From IMG/VR virus record IMGVR_UViG_3300032330_001642, positions 1 to 63,740 of that record: a stretch of DNA of 63,740 nucleotides; one strand, 5' to 3'. The position numbers and the translations under genes are program-made. Source of the stretch: a virus. Lineage: Duplodnaviria; Caudoviricetes. Numbering within the stretch: position 1 is the first letter of the stretch; the number at the start of each line of letters is the position of its first letter. The notes beneath the pieces were generated by a model, which was given only the letters and a program-made list of their open reading frames with translations, did no database searches and was not told where the DNA came from. This document shows, in pieces, positions 35,922 to 46,456 of the stretch.

Positions 35922-36443
35922 ATGAAAAAAGTAGTTATAAATGAAAAAGCTCTTCGTGAATCTATCAGAAAACACCTATTAGAACAAGAATCTATTAGTG
36001 TTTCCGGTTCAGATAAAGAACAAGAACAAAAACCAAGATGTGTTGCAGGAAATGTAATACCTTTAGATATGATTGTTGGACCATCTAAAAATTTTACTAA
36101 TTATTCTCAAAATTTACTTAAACGTGATGGTGGAATTAATGGAATGGTGGATGCTTTAGATGTCTTAAAGACATTAAGATTACATAATAGTATTACCGAT
36201 AATGGTGAACACTTAGCATATAACCTAATGAACCATATCAATACTTTTAGAAATAAAAACTATTTTGACGAAACAAACAGTGAATGTCAAAAAGCTATGG
36301 ATAAAGTTATTGAACTTTACAAAGAAAACGAACACGGGGAAGAACTTGTTAAAGATATTGAAAAAGTATTAGGACATCCGGACCCATCTCCAAGAGCAAA
36401 AGAATATCTAAAAAGATGTTTGGTATTAGTTAAGGAGAAATAA
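35922..36443 (+). CDS. hypothetical protein with shared N-terminal motif
   Basis: MKKVVINEKALRESIRKHLLEQ. Confidence 0.7.
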   Translation: MKKVVINEKALRESIRKHLLEQESISVSGSDKEQEQKPRCVAGNVIPLDMIVGPSKNFTNYSQNLLKRDGGINGMVDALDVLKTLRLHNSITDNGEHLAYNLMNHINTFRNKNYFDETNSECQKAMDKVIELYKENEHGEELVKDIEKVLGHPDPSPRAKEYLKRCLVLVKEK

Positions 36444-36578
36444 TATACCCCACCATTGGGGACGTTTAGGACCGTTATCAGTGATGGTAACAAATTAAAG
36501 GGGAGATTCGCTATCATCCCCTTTTTTATTTTGGTTGATATTTATTATTGAGTAAATAAACGATTAAACCTTAACAAA

Positions 36579-36713
36579 ATGGCTAAACCTAAATCAGGTT
36601 CCTCTTCAAGTACTAAAATTTCTTTTAATAAGAAAAAGGTTTCCGGGAAACATAAGAAATCGAGAAACAAACACGACAGGTCGGAAAAGAACTACAGGGG
36701 TCAAGGACGTTAA
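36579..36713 (+). CDS. small highly basic protein (44 aa)
   Basis: MAKPKSGSSS...KNYRGQGR; TATTTAT upstream. Confidence 0.65.
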   Translation: MAKPKSGSSSSTKISFNKKKVSGKHKKSRNKHDRSEKNYRGQGR

Positions 36714-36744
36714 TTTACCATAAATCATTAAAACTAAAAAAATT

Positions 36745-37017
36745 ATGGGTATTTTTTCAAGTATTTATGGGGGGATTAAAGGATTGTTCACTGACGAACA
36801 CGGAGTTGTATCATCAAAAAGATTTGTTGGTATTATGTGCTCAATTATGCTATGTGTTACTATGTATCACAATAGTTTTTCAACAGTTGATGTTGCCCCA
36901 GCACCTTATTTAGTAGACGCGGTTGCATTATTAGCTTTTGGTTGTTTAGGATTATCCTCAGTGGATAAATTCACAAAAACAAAATCAAAAATTAAAGACG
37001 CTACGAGTCAAGAGTAA
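36745..37017 (+). CDS. small 2-TM membrane protein (holin-like)
   Basis: SSKRFVG followed by two TM helices. Confidence 0.55.
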   Translation: MGIFSSIYGGIKGLFTDEHGVVSSKRFVGIMCSIMLCVTMYHNSFSTVDVAPAPYLVDAVALLAFGCLGLSSVDKFTKTKSKIKDATSQE

Positions 37018-37022
37018 AAATT

Positions 37023-37042
37023 AACCCCCAATTAAGGGGGTT
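37023..37042. terminator. repeated bidirectional terminator, copy 2
   Basis: AACCCCCAATTAAGGGGGTT. Confidence 0.85.
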
Positions 37043-37044
37043 TT

Positions 37045-37548
37045 TTATTTCTTATTTCTAATCTTATTTTTTAGGTCACATAAACCTTTAATTACCTCAA
37101 TTGAATTATCAACTTCAATTGGTGTTGGTGAGTCACAAACTACCCTAATACTATCAACCTCAGATTTTTGAGAATTTTGTACTGTTCTTTTAAGTAATAG
37201 TTTATTTCTATAATTATCTCTAACTATCCGTTCAATCTCATCAATCTGAGCAATGATTTCTCTTTCTCTATCAATTCTTCTTCGTGTACATTCTGACTGA
37301 CCATCTATAACTTCCTGAGTTAAATCGTCAACTCTAATGGTCAAACTATCCAATTGGGTATTGAGAGATATAATTTGTTTTTTCTGTCTCTTAACAACCA
37401 AATTTTGTTGTGTTGGGTCAGGTTTTACCACTTCAATTATACTTGACCCAAATGTTATGAAAAACACGGCAATACATAATATAATCAGAGCCCAAATACG
37501 TTGAGCAATTGAGAATGTTGTAAGTATTTCTTTGAAGTATTGTATCAT
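37045..37548 (-). CDS. TM plus coiled-coil protein
   Basis: N-terminal TM helix and heptad region. Confidence 0.6.
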   Translation of the reverse strand: MIQYFKEILTTFSIAQRIWALIILCIAVFFITFGSSIIEVVKPDPTQQNLVVKRQKKQIISLNTQLDSLTIRVDDLTQEVIDGQSECTRRRIDREREIIAQIDEIERIVRDNYRNKLLLKRTVQNSQKSEVDSIRVVCDSPTPIEVDNSIEVIKGLCDLKNKIRNKK

Positions 37549-37574
37549 ACTGATAAATATCAGTCATTCAAAGA

Positions 37575-38036
37575 TTATTTACCCATCGCGTCTTTTTCCG
37601 ATATCACTAATGGGTGATTACCTGTAAAATTTTTAACAACATCTTTAACAACAGGATTAGTTGTCCAAACAATACTATGTTCTGATTCCGGGTTGTATTC
37701 TCCTTCTACTAAATAAACCACAATTGTATTGGGTTCTAATGTTAAGAATCCGTGTGCCTTATCATTTGGGATTAACACAGAGTCGGAATCACGAAGAACA
37801 ATATAATCGGTCTCACCTGTTTGTAAATCAACCGCAAAATCAACTATCGAACCCTGAACCACTTTAATGTACTTTGTTTGTGGGGGATTTAACTGATAAT
37901 GAAGACCTCTAAAGGTAAATTCCTTATCATTGATACTGATTGAACACTGAGTCCATACTTGACCTAATTCTGTTGTTGAAATGGGTGTGTATGAACCCCT
38001 GTTATCTTTGAATGTTTTATGTTCTATTCTTTCCAT
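37575..38036 (-). CDS. rmlC: dTDP-4-dehydrorhamnose 3,5-epimerase
   Basis: FKDNRG, FRGLHYQ, AHGFLTL, ISEKD. Confidence 0.88.
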   Translation of the reverse strand: MERIEHKTFKDNRGSYTPISTTELGQVWTQCSISINDKEFTFRGLHYQLNPPQTKYIKVVQGSIVDFAVDLQTGETDYIVLRDSDSVLIPNDKAHGFLTLEPNTIVVYLVEGEYNPESEHSIVWTTNPVVKDVVKNFTGNHPLVISEKDAMGK

Positions 38037-38037
38037 A

Positions 38038-38607
38038 CTATTTAAGGTATTCTAATAATTTTTCTTTAACACCTGATTGTTTGATTCCCTCATTTTCTCT
38101 TGGTGTATGAACAAAGTTAGATAATCCCCACTTTTGTTCTCTACCTTGAGTATCTCTTTCACCTAACTCTAAATCATCGATACAAGCCCAATGTGTAACT
38201 TCGGGATGGTCAGTTAGATATTGATGAACTTCTACACATCTTTGTTGTTCGTACATTGTTCGTCTAACCCATTCAAACTCATCCGGTTTATCACAACCGA
38301 TGTATCGTTTGGTGAATGCGATTGGTTTTTTGATGATTCCTTCTGATAGGTAATAATCTCCAAGTTCCTCTAAAGTTCCATATAATCTCCAATCGGAAGA
38401 CACAACGATTTCCGCCCCGGTTTCTTCCAATACCTGATTCAAAACCTTAACAGCTTTTTTGTCAAAGTAATCAAAACGATATTTTGCCTCAACATCCGGG
38501 TCATTCAAAACCAAAGAAACTTTGTCTTTCTTTCGTTTTTTAACACGACTCCCCCAATTATTCGATAAACAGATAACACCATCGTTATCTAAAAATAATA
38601 CTTTCAT
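38038..38607 (-). CDS. HAD-family protein (HAD_SAK_2-like)
   Basis: FLDNDGV, IVVSSDWR, CIDD. Confidence 0.8.
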   Translation of the reverse strand: MKVLFLDNDGVICLSNNWGSRVKKRKKDKVSLVLNDPDVEAKYRFDYFDKKAVKVLNQVLEETGAEIVVSSDWRLYGTLEELGDYYLSEGIIKKPIAFTKRYIGCDKPDEFEWVRRTMYEQQRCVEVHQYLTDHPEVTHWACIDDLELGERDTQGREQKWGLSNFVHTPRENEGIKQSGVKEKLLEYLK

Positions 38608-38609
38608 AA

Positions 38610-38780
38610 TTAATAATCTATTATATAATCAAAATCATCCTCATCGTCCTCATCATCGTCCTCTTCCGGTTCGTTTGCTTCAAGTATTTTTGAAACACTT
38701 AAATTGTATAGGACATCACCCAAACTATCCTGTGATAGGATATACTTTCTAATCTCGTCTATTGTAAATGTATTTTGCAT
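38610..38780 (-). CDS. small acidic hypothetical protein
   Basis: ORF; start MQNTFT. Confidence 0.55.
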   Translation of the reverse strand: MQNTFTIDEIRKYILSQDSLGDVLYNLSVSKILEANEPEEDDDEDDEDDFDYIIDY

Positions 38781-38781
38781 A

Positions 38782-39039
38782 TTATATATAGGTAATAACT
38801 TTATAAGCTTCGTAATCATAAAGATTTGCCGAGTAATGTGAATATTTTGGGTCAACCGAATAATCAATTTCTTTACCGGTATTCACATTTCTACTTTTCC
38901 ATTCATATTGACCGGTTTCATTTAATGTTGGTAATGTTGTTACCTCACATTTAATTCCCACACCATATTCATACTCATAATGAATATCACCAACTTTAAT
39001 CTCCTCAACTATTACGTTTCCTTTTGTGTATGTTTTCAT
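38782..39039 (-). CDS. hypothetical protein
   Basis: ORF. Confidence 0.65.
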   Translation of the reverse strand: MKTYTKGNVIVEEIKVGDIHYEYEYGVGIKCEVTTLPTLNETGQYEWKSRNVNTGKEIDYSVDPKYSHYSANLYDYEAYKVITYI

Positions 39040-39042
39040 CTC

Positions 39043-39225
39043 TTAATTTGTTACAGATACAATATAGAGAGTATTTGTGTCAAAATCAAACTCAACCCAA
39101 GAAACCATATAACTTTCTTCTTTCCACACAAAATGGTCGTCTTTTCTCGGTGTCATATTGTATGGGTTTGGAATATCAATAAATTCACTGCCTTCTCTAC
39201 TTACTATTCTTAATACTGTTTTCAT
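39043..39225 (-). CDS. hypothetical protein
   Basis: ORF. Confidence 0.55.
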   Translation of the reverse strand: MKTVLRIVSREGSEFIDIPNPYNMTPRKDDHFVWKEESYMVSWVEFDFDTNTLYIVSVTN

Positions 39226-39229
39226 TTTA

Positions 39230-39730
39230 TTACGCTTTTAATATTCTAATTGCTTTGTTTGCACATTCATTTGTTAATCCATATCCAATATCTAACGAAT
39301 CCGGATGATTGATGTTGTTAGCCGTTCTAACAAAATTCCCTCTTTGATGAGGTAAGAAATCATTGTCGTCGTCAAAGATAACATATTGTTCTACCTCAGG
39401 ATGTTCATCCAACCAATATTCCACTTCGTGACCTCTTTCAATTTGGTCTAACCACTTAAATGAACCTTCGTTGAATAGGTCATTACAATCCGGTGTGATG
39501 TCAATCACCTCACCAGGTAAATTTCTTTTTTCCCATAAATCTTTCATTCTCTGTAACCCCCCATACCTCCAAGTTGATGATATTACAATCTTGGCACCGG
39601 TTTCTTCAATAACTCGTTTAAGGTTATTGACGAATTGTGGCATAAATTGACTACCAAACTCATCGTGGTCGTGGGAGTAAACATTAAGAACTCCATCTAT
39701 GTCTAAAAATATAACTTTAATCTTTTCCAT
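39230..39730 (-). CDS. HAD-family protein (HAD_SAK_2-like)
   Basis: FLDIDGVL, IVISSTWR, RGHEV, VIFDD. Confidence 0.85.
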   Translation of the reverse strand: MEKIKVIFLDIDGVLNVYSHDHDEFGSQFMPQFVNNLKRVIEETGAKIVISSTWRYGGLQRMKDLWEKRNLPGEVIDITPDCNDLFNEGSFKWLDQIERGHEVEYWLDEHPEVEQYVIFDDDNDFLPHQRGNFVRTANNINHPDSLDIGYGLTNECANKAIRILKA

Positions 39731-40061
39731 CTTTTTTCTTCGGTATTTCGTAATTTTCCTCCAACCATTCAAATAATTCGTGGGGTAAAATACACGGGTA
39801 AAAATCTATAAAATCAAATAAGATTTCTTCCCAATCGTTTTCTATTTCTTTTTTCTTTTTTAACATCATATCATCCATATCACCAAACTTACTTAAAAAT
39901 TCTTGGGTAAAACATTTAGGTTCAGGTATTAAATCTAAACTTGACGCCGCTCTTGTGGTATAATCTCGTTGTGTTGTTACCACAAACTCTTCAGTATTGT
40001 AAAACTTAAACCACTGAGGTTCTTTTACATTTGCCGGTATGTAATTGTAAATTATGTTCAC
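39717..40061 (-). CDS. hypothetical protein
   Basis: ORF. Confidence 0.55.
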   Translation of the reverse strand: MNIIYNYIPANVKEPQWFKFYNTEEFVVTTQRDYTTRAASSLDLIPEPKCFTQEFLSKFGDMDDMMLKKKKEIENDWEEILFDFIDFYPCILPHELFEWLEENYEIPKKKDGKD

Positions 40062-40062
40062 C

Positions 40063-40791
40063 CTATTCTTTATTTAATTGTTCAATAATATATTGAATAC
40101 CTTTTTCAGTTAATTTATAACTATCCGGAAATTCTCCGTGACCATTACTCGTCATTTGTAAATGTGCGGGATTAACCAAACTTAAACCTTGTAGAACTTT
40201 GTGTTGATGTATTACTCTTTTAACCTTTTCTCTTTTCTCATCGTTGAAGATATCCTCAATTTTAATTTCTCGGGATTCATCGTATAAACCCAATTCTTCA
40301 TCACCCTTCATCATATCAATTAGATGTTGTTTTTGTTCATCTTTTGGAAGAATTATTTTGTAACCATTATTAAAATTTTTAATACCTAAACCTTTAACTA
40401 CCGCCTTCACTTTTGGTTTATCTCTAACTAAAACCAAATCACAACTTGGGTTATTAACAAACCATCGTAAAAACTCATCATCAATCTCCTGAATACCATC
40501 TTTAATTAACTCCAAATCATTAGTTATAATTATTTTCTTCCAATTTCTTTTATCAACCAATCCTTGAGCATTAACCAATTTTGGAGATGCCTTAATCACC
40601 TCAATTCCGTCGGTGATATATTCGTCTCTAACAAATTTTTCATCAGAAGTAATATACACATACTCATTGGAACACTTGGTACATACATTACTATTGGGTT
40701 TCGATAAATTATCAAACCTCAATTTATTGGAATCCAAATCTCTCCACAATCTACTCTCCTTATCGGTGGGTATTAAAAATATATTTTTCAT
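40063..40791 (-). CDS. hypothetical protein
   Basis: ORF; start MKNIFLIPT. Confidence 0.65.
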   Translation of the reverse strand: MKNIFLIPTDKESRLWRDLDSNKLRFDNLSKPNSNVCTKCSNEYVYITSDEKFVRDEYITDGIEVIKASPKLVNAQGLVDKRNWKKIIITNDLELIKDGIQEIDDEFLRWFVNNPSCDLVLVRDKPKVKAVVKGLGIKNFNNGYKIILPKDEQKQHLIDMMKGDEELGLYDESREIKIEDIFNDEKREKVKRVIHQHKVLQGLSLVNPAHLQMTSNGHGEFPDSYKLTEKGIQYIIEQLNKE

Positions 40792-40792
40792 T

Positions 40793-41203
40793 TTATTTTT
40801 CATCTTCAATCCATTTTTGCCATTCGTTATACGCTTCTATTTGTTTTGGATATATATCCGGGTCACAAGGACTTTCCTCAATAAAATGTTCGGCTGCCAA
40901 ACATCTGTGTTTCCAATATTCCCAATCAAATTTTGGTTTAATTGGTTTTGCCAACTGAACTTGATAATGAGTATATCCACCACCCATTGCACTGAACTCA
41001 CCCTTGATGGTTTCATTAACAATTTCAAAATCAATTTGATTATTAACAAATTTTTTGAAGAAGTCCTCACGTTCAATCGCAGACCACCCTTCAGTTGCCT
41101 TTGGATGTAATGGAAGTGAGTCATATGTTGTGGTAACCTCATCAACCGGTTTATCATACCAAACAAAAAAACCACCTGTGGTATTTTTCAATATTCCTTT
41201 CAT
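40793..41203 (-). CDS. hypothetical protein
   Basis: ORF; TATCTTTG upstream. Confidence 0.6.
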   Translation of the reverse strand: MKGILKNTTGGFFVWYDKPVDEVTTTYDSLPLHPKATEGWSAIEREDFFKKFVNNQIDFEIVNETIKGEFSAMGGGYTHYQVQLAKPIKPKFDWEYWKHRCLAAEHFIEESPCDPDIYPKQIEAYNEWQKWIEDEK

Positions 41204-41286
41204 AATTTTTAATTTATGGAACAAAGATAAACAAAAAATCCCAATAAAAAAAATTATTGGGATTAAAAAAACATTATTGTAAAATG

Positions 41287-43152
41287 TTACTCAGGTTTAA
41301 CTTCTTCAAACTCTACGTCTGAAGCATTTATATCTGATTCACTCGTTTCACTTTCATTTACACTATTGTATAAATCCTGTGTTATGGTTTGGAACTTTTG
41401 GGTTAGTTCTTCCATTAGAGTTTTAACGTTTTCTACATCTTTGTTAGAATGAGACTCTTTCAATTTGTCAAGAAGAGTTGTTATTTCTGTTTTTTGTTCT
41501 TCAGAAATCTTATCCTCTAAATCAGTTAAAGATTTACCGGTTTGGAAAATTAAATTATCCGCCGAGTTTAATGTATCAACATCTTCTTTAACTTTTTTGT
41601 CCGCCTCAGCATTTTCTTCAGCTTCAGCCTTCATTCTTTCAATATCTTCTTGTGATAAACCTGAAGATGCCTCAATTCTAATTGATTGTGTTTTGTTTGT
41701 AGCTTTATCAACCGCAGAAACATTAATAATACCATTCGCATCAATATCGAAAATTACCTCAATTTGTGGAACCCCTCTCATTGCTGGTGGTAATCCATCT
41801 AAATGGAATCTACCAATTGTTCTGTTGTCTTTTGCCATCGGTCTCTCTCCTTGTAAGACGTGAATTTCAACTGTTGGTTGGTTATCAACAGCTGTTGAGA
41901 ATACCTGTGATTTTTTGGTTGGGATTGTTGTGTTTGCCTCAATTAAACGAGTCAATACTCCACCCATTGTTTCAATACCCAAAGATAATGGTGTTACGTC
42001 TAATAACAACACGTCTTTTACATCACCGGCCAATACTCCCCCTTGGATAGCCGCACCCAAAGCAACTACCTCATCCGGATTTACACCTTTTGATGGTTCT
42101 TTACCGAAGAACTCTTTTACTGCGTTTTGAATAGCAGGTATTCTTGTCGTACCACCAACTAAAATAATCTCGTCAATATCACCAACTTTTAATTTTGCGT
42201 TTTTCAACGCTGATTTACAAGGTGCGATAGTTCGTTTGATTAATTCGTCAGCAAGTTGTTCAAACTTAGCTCTTGTTAAAGTTTTCACCAAGTGTTTTGG
42301 CCCGGTTGCGTCAGCACTTAAATAAGGTAAGTTGATTTCAGTTTGAGATGATGAAGATAATTCAACCTTCGCTTTCTCAGCACCTTCTCGTAACCTTTGT
42401 AATGCCATAGCATCTTGAGAAATATCAATTCCATTCTCGTTTTTGAACACCTCTACTAAGTAATCAATAATTACTCTGTCAAAGTCGTCCCCTCCTAAGT
42501 GTGTGTCACCATCGGTAGATAATACCTCAAATACACCACCACCTAAATCCAATACGGATACGTCGTGAGTTCCCCCTCCACAGTCAAATACTACGATTTT
42601 ACTATCCCCTTTTTTGTCAAGACCATACGCAAGAGCCGCCGCGGTTGGTTCGTTGATAATACGACGAACATTTAATCCGGCAATTTCACCCGCCTCTTTT
42701 GTTGCTTGACGTTGAGCGTCGTTAAAGTAAGCAGGAACGGTGATTACCGCGTCTGTTACCGATTCTCCCAAATAATCCTCAGCAGTTTGTTTCATCTTTT
42801 GTAGGATGATTGCCGATAATTCTTGTGGTGAGTATTTTCTATCGTCAATTTGAACTCTTGGTTGAGAACCTTCTTTAACTACTGAGTAAGGTACTTTACC
42901 AATTTCGTTTTTACTTTCGTCATAGGTTGAACCCATAAAACGTTTGATAGAAGAGATTGTTTTTGTCGGATTGGTTACCGCTTGTCTTTTTGCTGGGTCA
43001 CCAACTTTTCTTTCTCCTTCGTTGATGAATCCAATGATTGAAGGTGTTGTTCTTTTTCCTTCTGAATTTGCTATTACAACAGGTTCGTTTCCTTCCATTA
43101 CGGATACACACGAGTTAGTTGTTCCTAAGTCAATTCCAATAATTTTTCCCAT
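41287..43152 (-). CDS. dnaK: molecular chaperone DnaK (Hsp70)
   Basis: [33 protein letters not shown]. Confidence 0.98.
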   Translation of the reverse strand: MGKIIGIDLGTTNSCVSVMEGNEPVVIANSEGKRTTPSIIGFINEGERKVGDPAKRQAVTNPTKTISSIKRFMGSTYDESKNEIGKVPYSVVKEGSQPRVQIDDRKYSPQELSAIILQKMKQTAEDYLGESVTDAVITVPAYFNDAQRQATKEAGEIAGLNVRRIINEPTAAALAYGLDKKGDSKIVVFDCGGGTHDVSVLDLGGGVFEVLSTDGDTHLGGDDFDRVIIDYLVEVFKNENGIDISQDAMALQRLREGAEKAKVELSSSSQTEINLPYLSADATGPKHLVKTLTRAKFEQLADELIKRTIAPCKSALKNAKLKVGDIDEIILVGGTTRIPAIQNAVKEFFGKEPSKGVNPDEVVALGAAIQGGVLAGDVKDVLLLDVTPLSLGIETMGGVLTRLIEANTTIPTKKSQVFSTAVDNQPTVEIHVLQGERPMAKDNRTIGRFHLDGLPPAMRGVPQIEVIFDIDANGIINVSAVDKATNKTQSIRIEASSGLSQEDIERMKAEAEENAEADKKVKEDVDTLNSADNLIFQTGKSLTDLEDKISEEQKTEITTLLDKLKESHSNKDVENVKTLMEELTQKFQTITQDLYNSVNESETSESDINASDVEFEEVKPE

Positions 43153-43265
43153 AGTTTTAATAAGTTTTGTTTAAGTATATGTATTTATTTTTATTGTGTC
43201 AAGCACATCACCCATATTATCAAAATTATGCCAAAATAAAAAACCTGACACAATAACATAATAAA

Positions 43266-43280
43266 CTGACAAATTGTCAG
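43266..43280. promoter_or_regulatory. palindrome CTGACA-AAT-TGTCAG upstream of dnaK (possible operator)
   Basis: perfect inverted repeat with another CTGACA half-site ~20 nt away. Confidence 0.4.
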
Positions 43281-43324
43281 TTAAATAAAGTTGTGGAACT
43301 AAATTAAAGTATTATCTTTGCAGT

Positions 43325-43702
43325 ATGAAATTATTTTTAGACGATAACCGAAAACCTTACGATGTATTTAGAAACACTATTGACCCAATTTACGAAAATA
43401 ATAATGAATGGACAATAGTAAAAAACTATGAAGAATTTGTGGGCACTATATTAGAGTCAGGATTACCTGAAGTAATCTCATTTGACCACGACTTATCTCA
43501 AAACCATTATTTAGAGGAAAATCAAAATAATATTGATTACGATAAATTAACGGATAAGACAGGTTATGATGCTGCATTATGGTTAATTGGTTATTGTAGA
43601 ATGAATAATATTAGTTTACCGGATTTTAAGGTTCACTCGGATAATTCTGAAGGTAAAAAGAATATTGAAAAGATTTTACATCTCACTAACAAACGCTCGT
43701 AA
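43325..43702 (+). CDS. cyclic-phosphate-processing receiver-like domain protein (second copy)
   Basis: LFLDDNRKP, ISFDHDL, TGYD, VHSDN. Confidence 0.75.
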   Translation: MKLFLDDNRKPYDVFRNTIDPIYENNNEWTIVKNYEEFVGTILESGLPEVISFDHDLSQNHYLEENQNNIDYDKLTDKTGYDAALWLIGYCRMNNISLPDFKVHSDNSEGKKNIEKILHLTNKRS

Positions 43703-44257
43703 TTTAACCTTATCCCAATTTTTAAGGTCTTCACCATTATCACCAAGCTTTAATGTTGACATTACTCTATGCCACCCCTCAACCATTTCGTATTTACCAT
43801 TTTTATGTTTAATAACAATGATAGGTTCGTTTTTACCGGTAGCGGTGGCTAGTTTTCTTTGAGTATCCATTCGTTTTCTATCATTATGAACCATATACGC
43901 ATCTACATCACCAAAATGTCTTTCAATAAAAGCGTTTATAGTATTGTCAGTAAAATCTTCAGGATTAACCTCAATTATTCTTAATTTCCAATTACTACCC
44001 AAGTAATCATAAATCATTTTACCTAAAAAAGGTATTGGATTACCGTGATATTGATTCATAATAGTGTCAAAACTTTCCTTATCACCACATAACACATTGG
44101 TGGTAAATTCATTTAAAATATATTCCGGAGTCTTTGGGAATTCTTTTCTAAGTATATTATAGAACGATTTACAAACCGAAGATTTTGGTTTGCTTAATGG
44201 AATTGATTGTATGTCTTCCAACAATTTATATTGTCGTTCAGTTATTATTATTTTCAT
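43676..44257 (-). CDS. ParB/Srx-like domain protein with shared N-terminal motif
   Basis: EPIIV...YEMVEGWHR; MKIIITERQYKLLE. Confidence 0.6.
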   Translation of the reverse strand: MKIIITERQYKLLEDIQSIPLSKPKSSVCKSFYNILRKEFPKTPEYILNEFTTNVLCGDKESFDTIMNQYHGNPIPFLGKMIYDYLGSNWKLRIIEVNPEDFTDNTINAFIERHFGDVDAYMVHNDRKRMDTQRKLATATGKNEPIIVIKHKNGKYEMVEGWHRVMSTLKLGDNGEDLKNWDKVKLRAFVSEM

Positions 44258-44675
44258 AAAATTTATCTCTAATGTCTTCCAACATTTTTATATTAAAATC
44301 CACCCCGTGTCTTTCTTTAAAGTGGTTTAATAACATTTCAATCGGTTTATCATAACCTCTATCTTGTAATAATAAATATGCCCCTAAATCAGCATCAATT
44401 TCATCTTTTTCATTTCTTGGACCATCGTGACCCAATAATACGTGAGTTACCTCGTGAGCTTCAATAAATTTTAGAATATCTTTATCATCCGGTTCACCAA
44501 CTAATATTTCACCATCAATAATCATAAGATTCTGTCCCGGAACCATAAATCCAAAACCATATTGTTCAAAGAATCCTTTAACTTGTGAATATAATGGGTC
44601 GTCATTAAAAACAACCACCACGGTTACATCATTCAAAAATTCACTACGATACTCTATTTGGGTTTCTTTTATCAT
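44238..44675 (-). CDS. HExxH metallopeptidase-like protein
   Basis: AHEVTHVLLGH...EIDAD. Confidence 0.65.
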   Translation of the reverse strand: MIKETQIEYRSEFLNDVTVVVVFNDDPLYSQVKGFFEQYGFGFMVPGQNLMIIDGEILVGEPDDKDILKFIEAHEVTHVLLGHDGPRNEKDEIDADLGAYLLLQDRGYDKPIEMLLNHFKERHGVDFNIKMLEDIRDKFYENNNN

Positions 44676-44729
44676 ATTAATAGTTTTATAAAGTACAAAG
44701 ATACAAAAACTATTTAATATACCAAATAA

Positions 44730-45686
44730 TTATTTATTCCAACCTTTTTTAGGATAATTACCCGTTGTAACTAACATATCCTCACTATTAAGTCCATCAA
44801 CAATTTCTTTTTCAATTTGGTCAACGTTTTTACTAGTATAAGGTATTCTAATTAATTTAATATCGTTATCTTTACAATATTTATTTTTTTCCAAATCCCG
44901 TCTAATATAATCACTCAATTTTATTTCATCGTGTCTATCTTTTTTCACATCAAAATGATATTGACCATCATACTCAATTAGTGTATTTTTTTCCGGTAAA
45001 TAAAAATCAAAATAATATGGTAGTTTTATTGGTTTACTAAATCCTGTTGGGGTTTTCCTAATGTGTTCTTTACCTTTCAAATCGGGGAATTGGTATTTTG
45101 GAATATAGTTAATGTTTAATTTATCTAATATTGTTTTAACCTTTTCTTCACCTTTCCATTTATTCAACGAACAATTTGGACAAACACTCTTACCTGACTT
45201 CATATTCCAAACATTAAGATATTTTTTAATTTTTCCCCCACATTCTTTACAAATTGCGTCTTTAACAAATAAAACAGGTTTACCCTTTTTATTTGACATA
45301 TATTCAAAATTTTCAAACTCAGTACTAAAACCTACTTTATCCAAATCAATAATCCATTGATTAACTTCTGTTTTTTGAAAACCCTTCTCTATTTGTTTTT
45401 CTTTACCACATTCTCTACAACCACTACCTCTTCTATCTAAATCAGAAACATTTAGGTTATCACTAAGTCCGTGTTTTGGACAATTCAAACCATCTAAAAA
45501 TCTATAAGTTTGTCCTTTTGAATTTTTTTCACGTCTAATCCTTGCTCTTGAAAAATCCCATTGAGGGTATTTTTTAGCAAGAACGTCAATAGTAACCTTA
45601 TCTTTAATTAAATTACTATCCAACACTTTTCTATAGTCGGTTTCCAACAATATATTATATTGTTTCTCAGTGATTATTATTTTCAT
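44730..45686 (-). CDS. zinc-ribbon plus Vsr/DUF559-like endonuclease
   Basis: CPKHG, CRECG, CPNC; GEEKV..FDFYLP..IEYDGQYH..KLIRIPY. Confidence 0.8.
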   Translation of the reverse strand: MKIIITEKQYNILLETDYRKVLDSNLIKDKVTIDVLAKKYPQWDFSRARIRREKNSKGQTYRFLDGLNCPKHGLSDNLNVSDLDRRGSGCRECGKEKQIEKGFQKTEVNQWIIDLDKVGFSTEFENFEYMSNKKGKPVLFVKDAICKECGGKIKKYLNVWNMKSGKSVCPNCSLNKWKGEEKVKTILDKLNINYIPKYQFPDLKGKEHIRKTPTGFSKPIKLPYYFDFYLPEKNTLIEYDGQYHFDVKKDRHDEIKLSDYIRRDLEKNKYCKDNDIKLIRIPYTSKNVDQIEKEIVDGLNSEDMLVTTGNYPKKGWNK

Positions 45687-45734
45687 ATTGATAAATACTT
45701 TGAATTTTCATATCATTATACAAAAGTATAAATT

Positions 45735-46427
45735 ATGATTGAAAATACAACACCTTACATCGGAAAAATCAGATTAAAATTTGAAAAATATCCTGAATAC
45801 AGAGGAAAAGACAAATTAAATAACATTCACTTGGATTTAGGTTTCACAAAACTAGTGTCCCGTATCACACCAAATCAAGACTTAAATGGTTGGTTAATAA
45901 ATCCTGAATGTATTTACCTAATACAAAAACATACCGGTGGAAAAATTGGTTCCCATAATTGGGGTGAAACTCCTACTGAGAAAAGAGAACAACATTTACC
46001 AAATTCATTTTTAACCAAAGACGGTCAATACGTTGGTGATATTGAAAGAGGTTGGTGGTATTATAAAAACAAAATGAAAGTTTGTGAACAATACCCTCAC
46101 GGAGTTGCCGAACGTTATGATGATGAAGGAAATCTTATTGGATATCACGGATATACCCATAGAGGTGGTCAAACATTCAAAATAGGTGATAGATTATTTG
46201 ACGCATCTTATACACCAAAAGAAGAAGACTACGAAGAATGGGAATGGGCAGGATGGAAACTTAAATATGATGAATCATATGAAAAAGGTGATGAGTTAGA
46301 TAGAAGATGGATGGAAAATTCCGGAATATCTTATGTTATTCCATTCAAAAAACGTGGTAGGAAACTTATTGAGAATTTTGATGAATGTCTACAAGCAGCA
46401 ATCAATATGTCTAAAGACTTGTCATAA
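45735..46427 (+). CDS. hypothetical protein
   Basis: 230-aa ORF. Confidence 0.7.
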   Translation: MIENTTPYIGKIRLKFEKYPEYRGKDKLNNIHLDLGFTKLVSRITPNQDLNGWLINPECIYLIQKHTGGKIGSHNWGETPTEKREQHLPNSFLTKDGQYVGDIERGWWYYKNKMKVCEQYPHGVAERYDDEGNLIGYHGYTHRGGQTFKIGDRLFDASYTPKEEDYEEWEWAGWKLKYDESYEKGDELDRRWMENSGISYVIPFKKRGRKLIENFDECLQAAINMSKDLS

Positions 46428-46430
46428 AAA

Positions 46431-46450
46431 AACCCCCAATTAAGGGGGTT
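46431..46450. terminator. repeated bidirectional terminator, copy 3
   Basis: AACCCCCAATTAAGGGGGTT. Confidence 0.85.
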
Positions 46451-46456
46451 TTTAAT

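Noticed and set aside
41287-43152. Window being a bacterial chromosome because of dnaK, rmlC and FKBP
   Set aside because: The context is dominated by short orphan ORFs, Rnl1, endolysin, homing nucleases and a divergent tRNA array, with no bacterial operon context.
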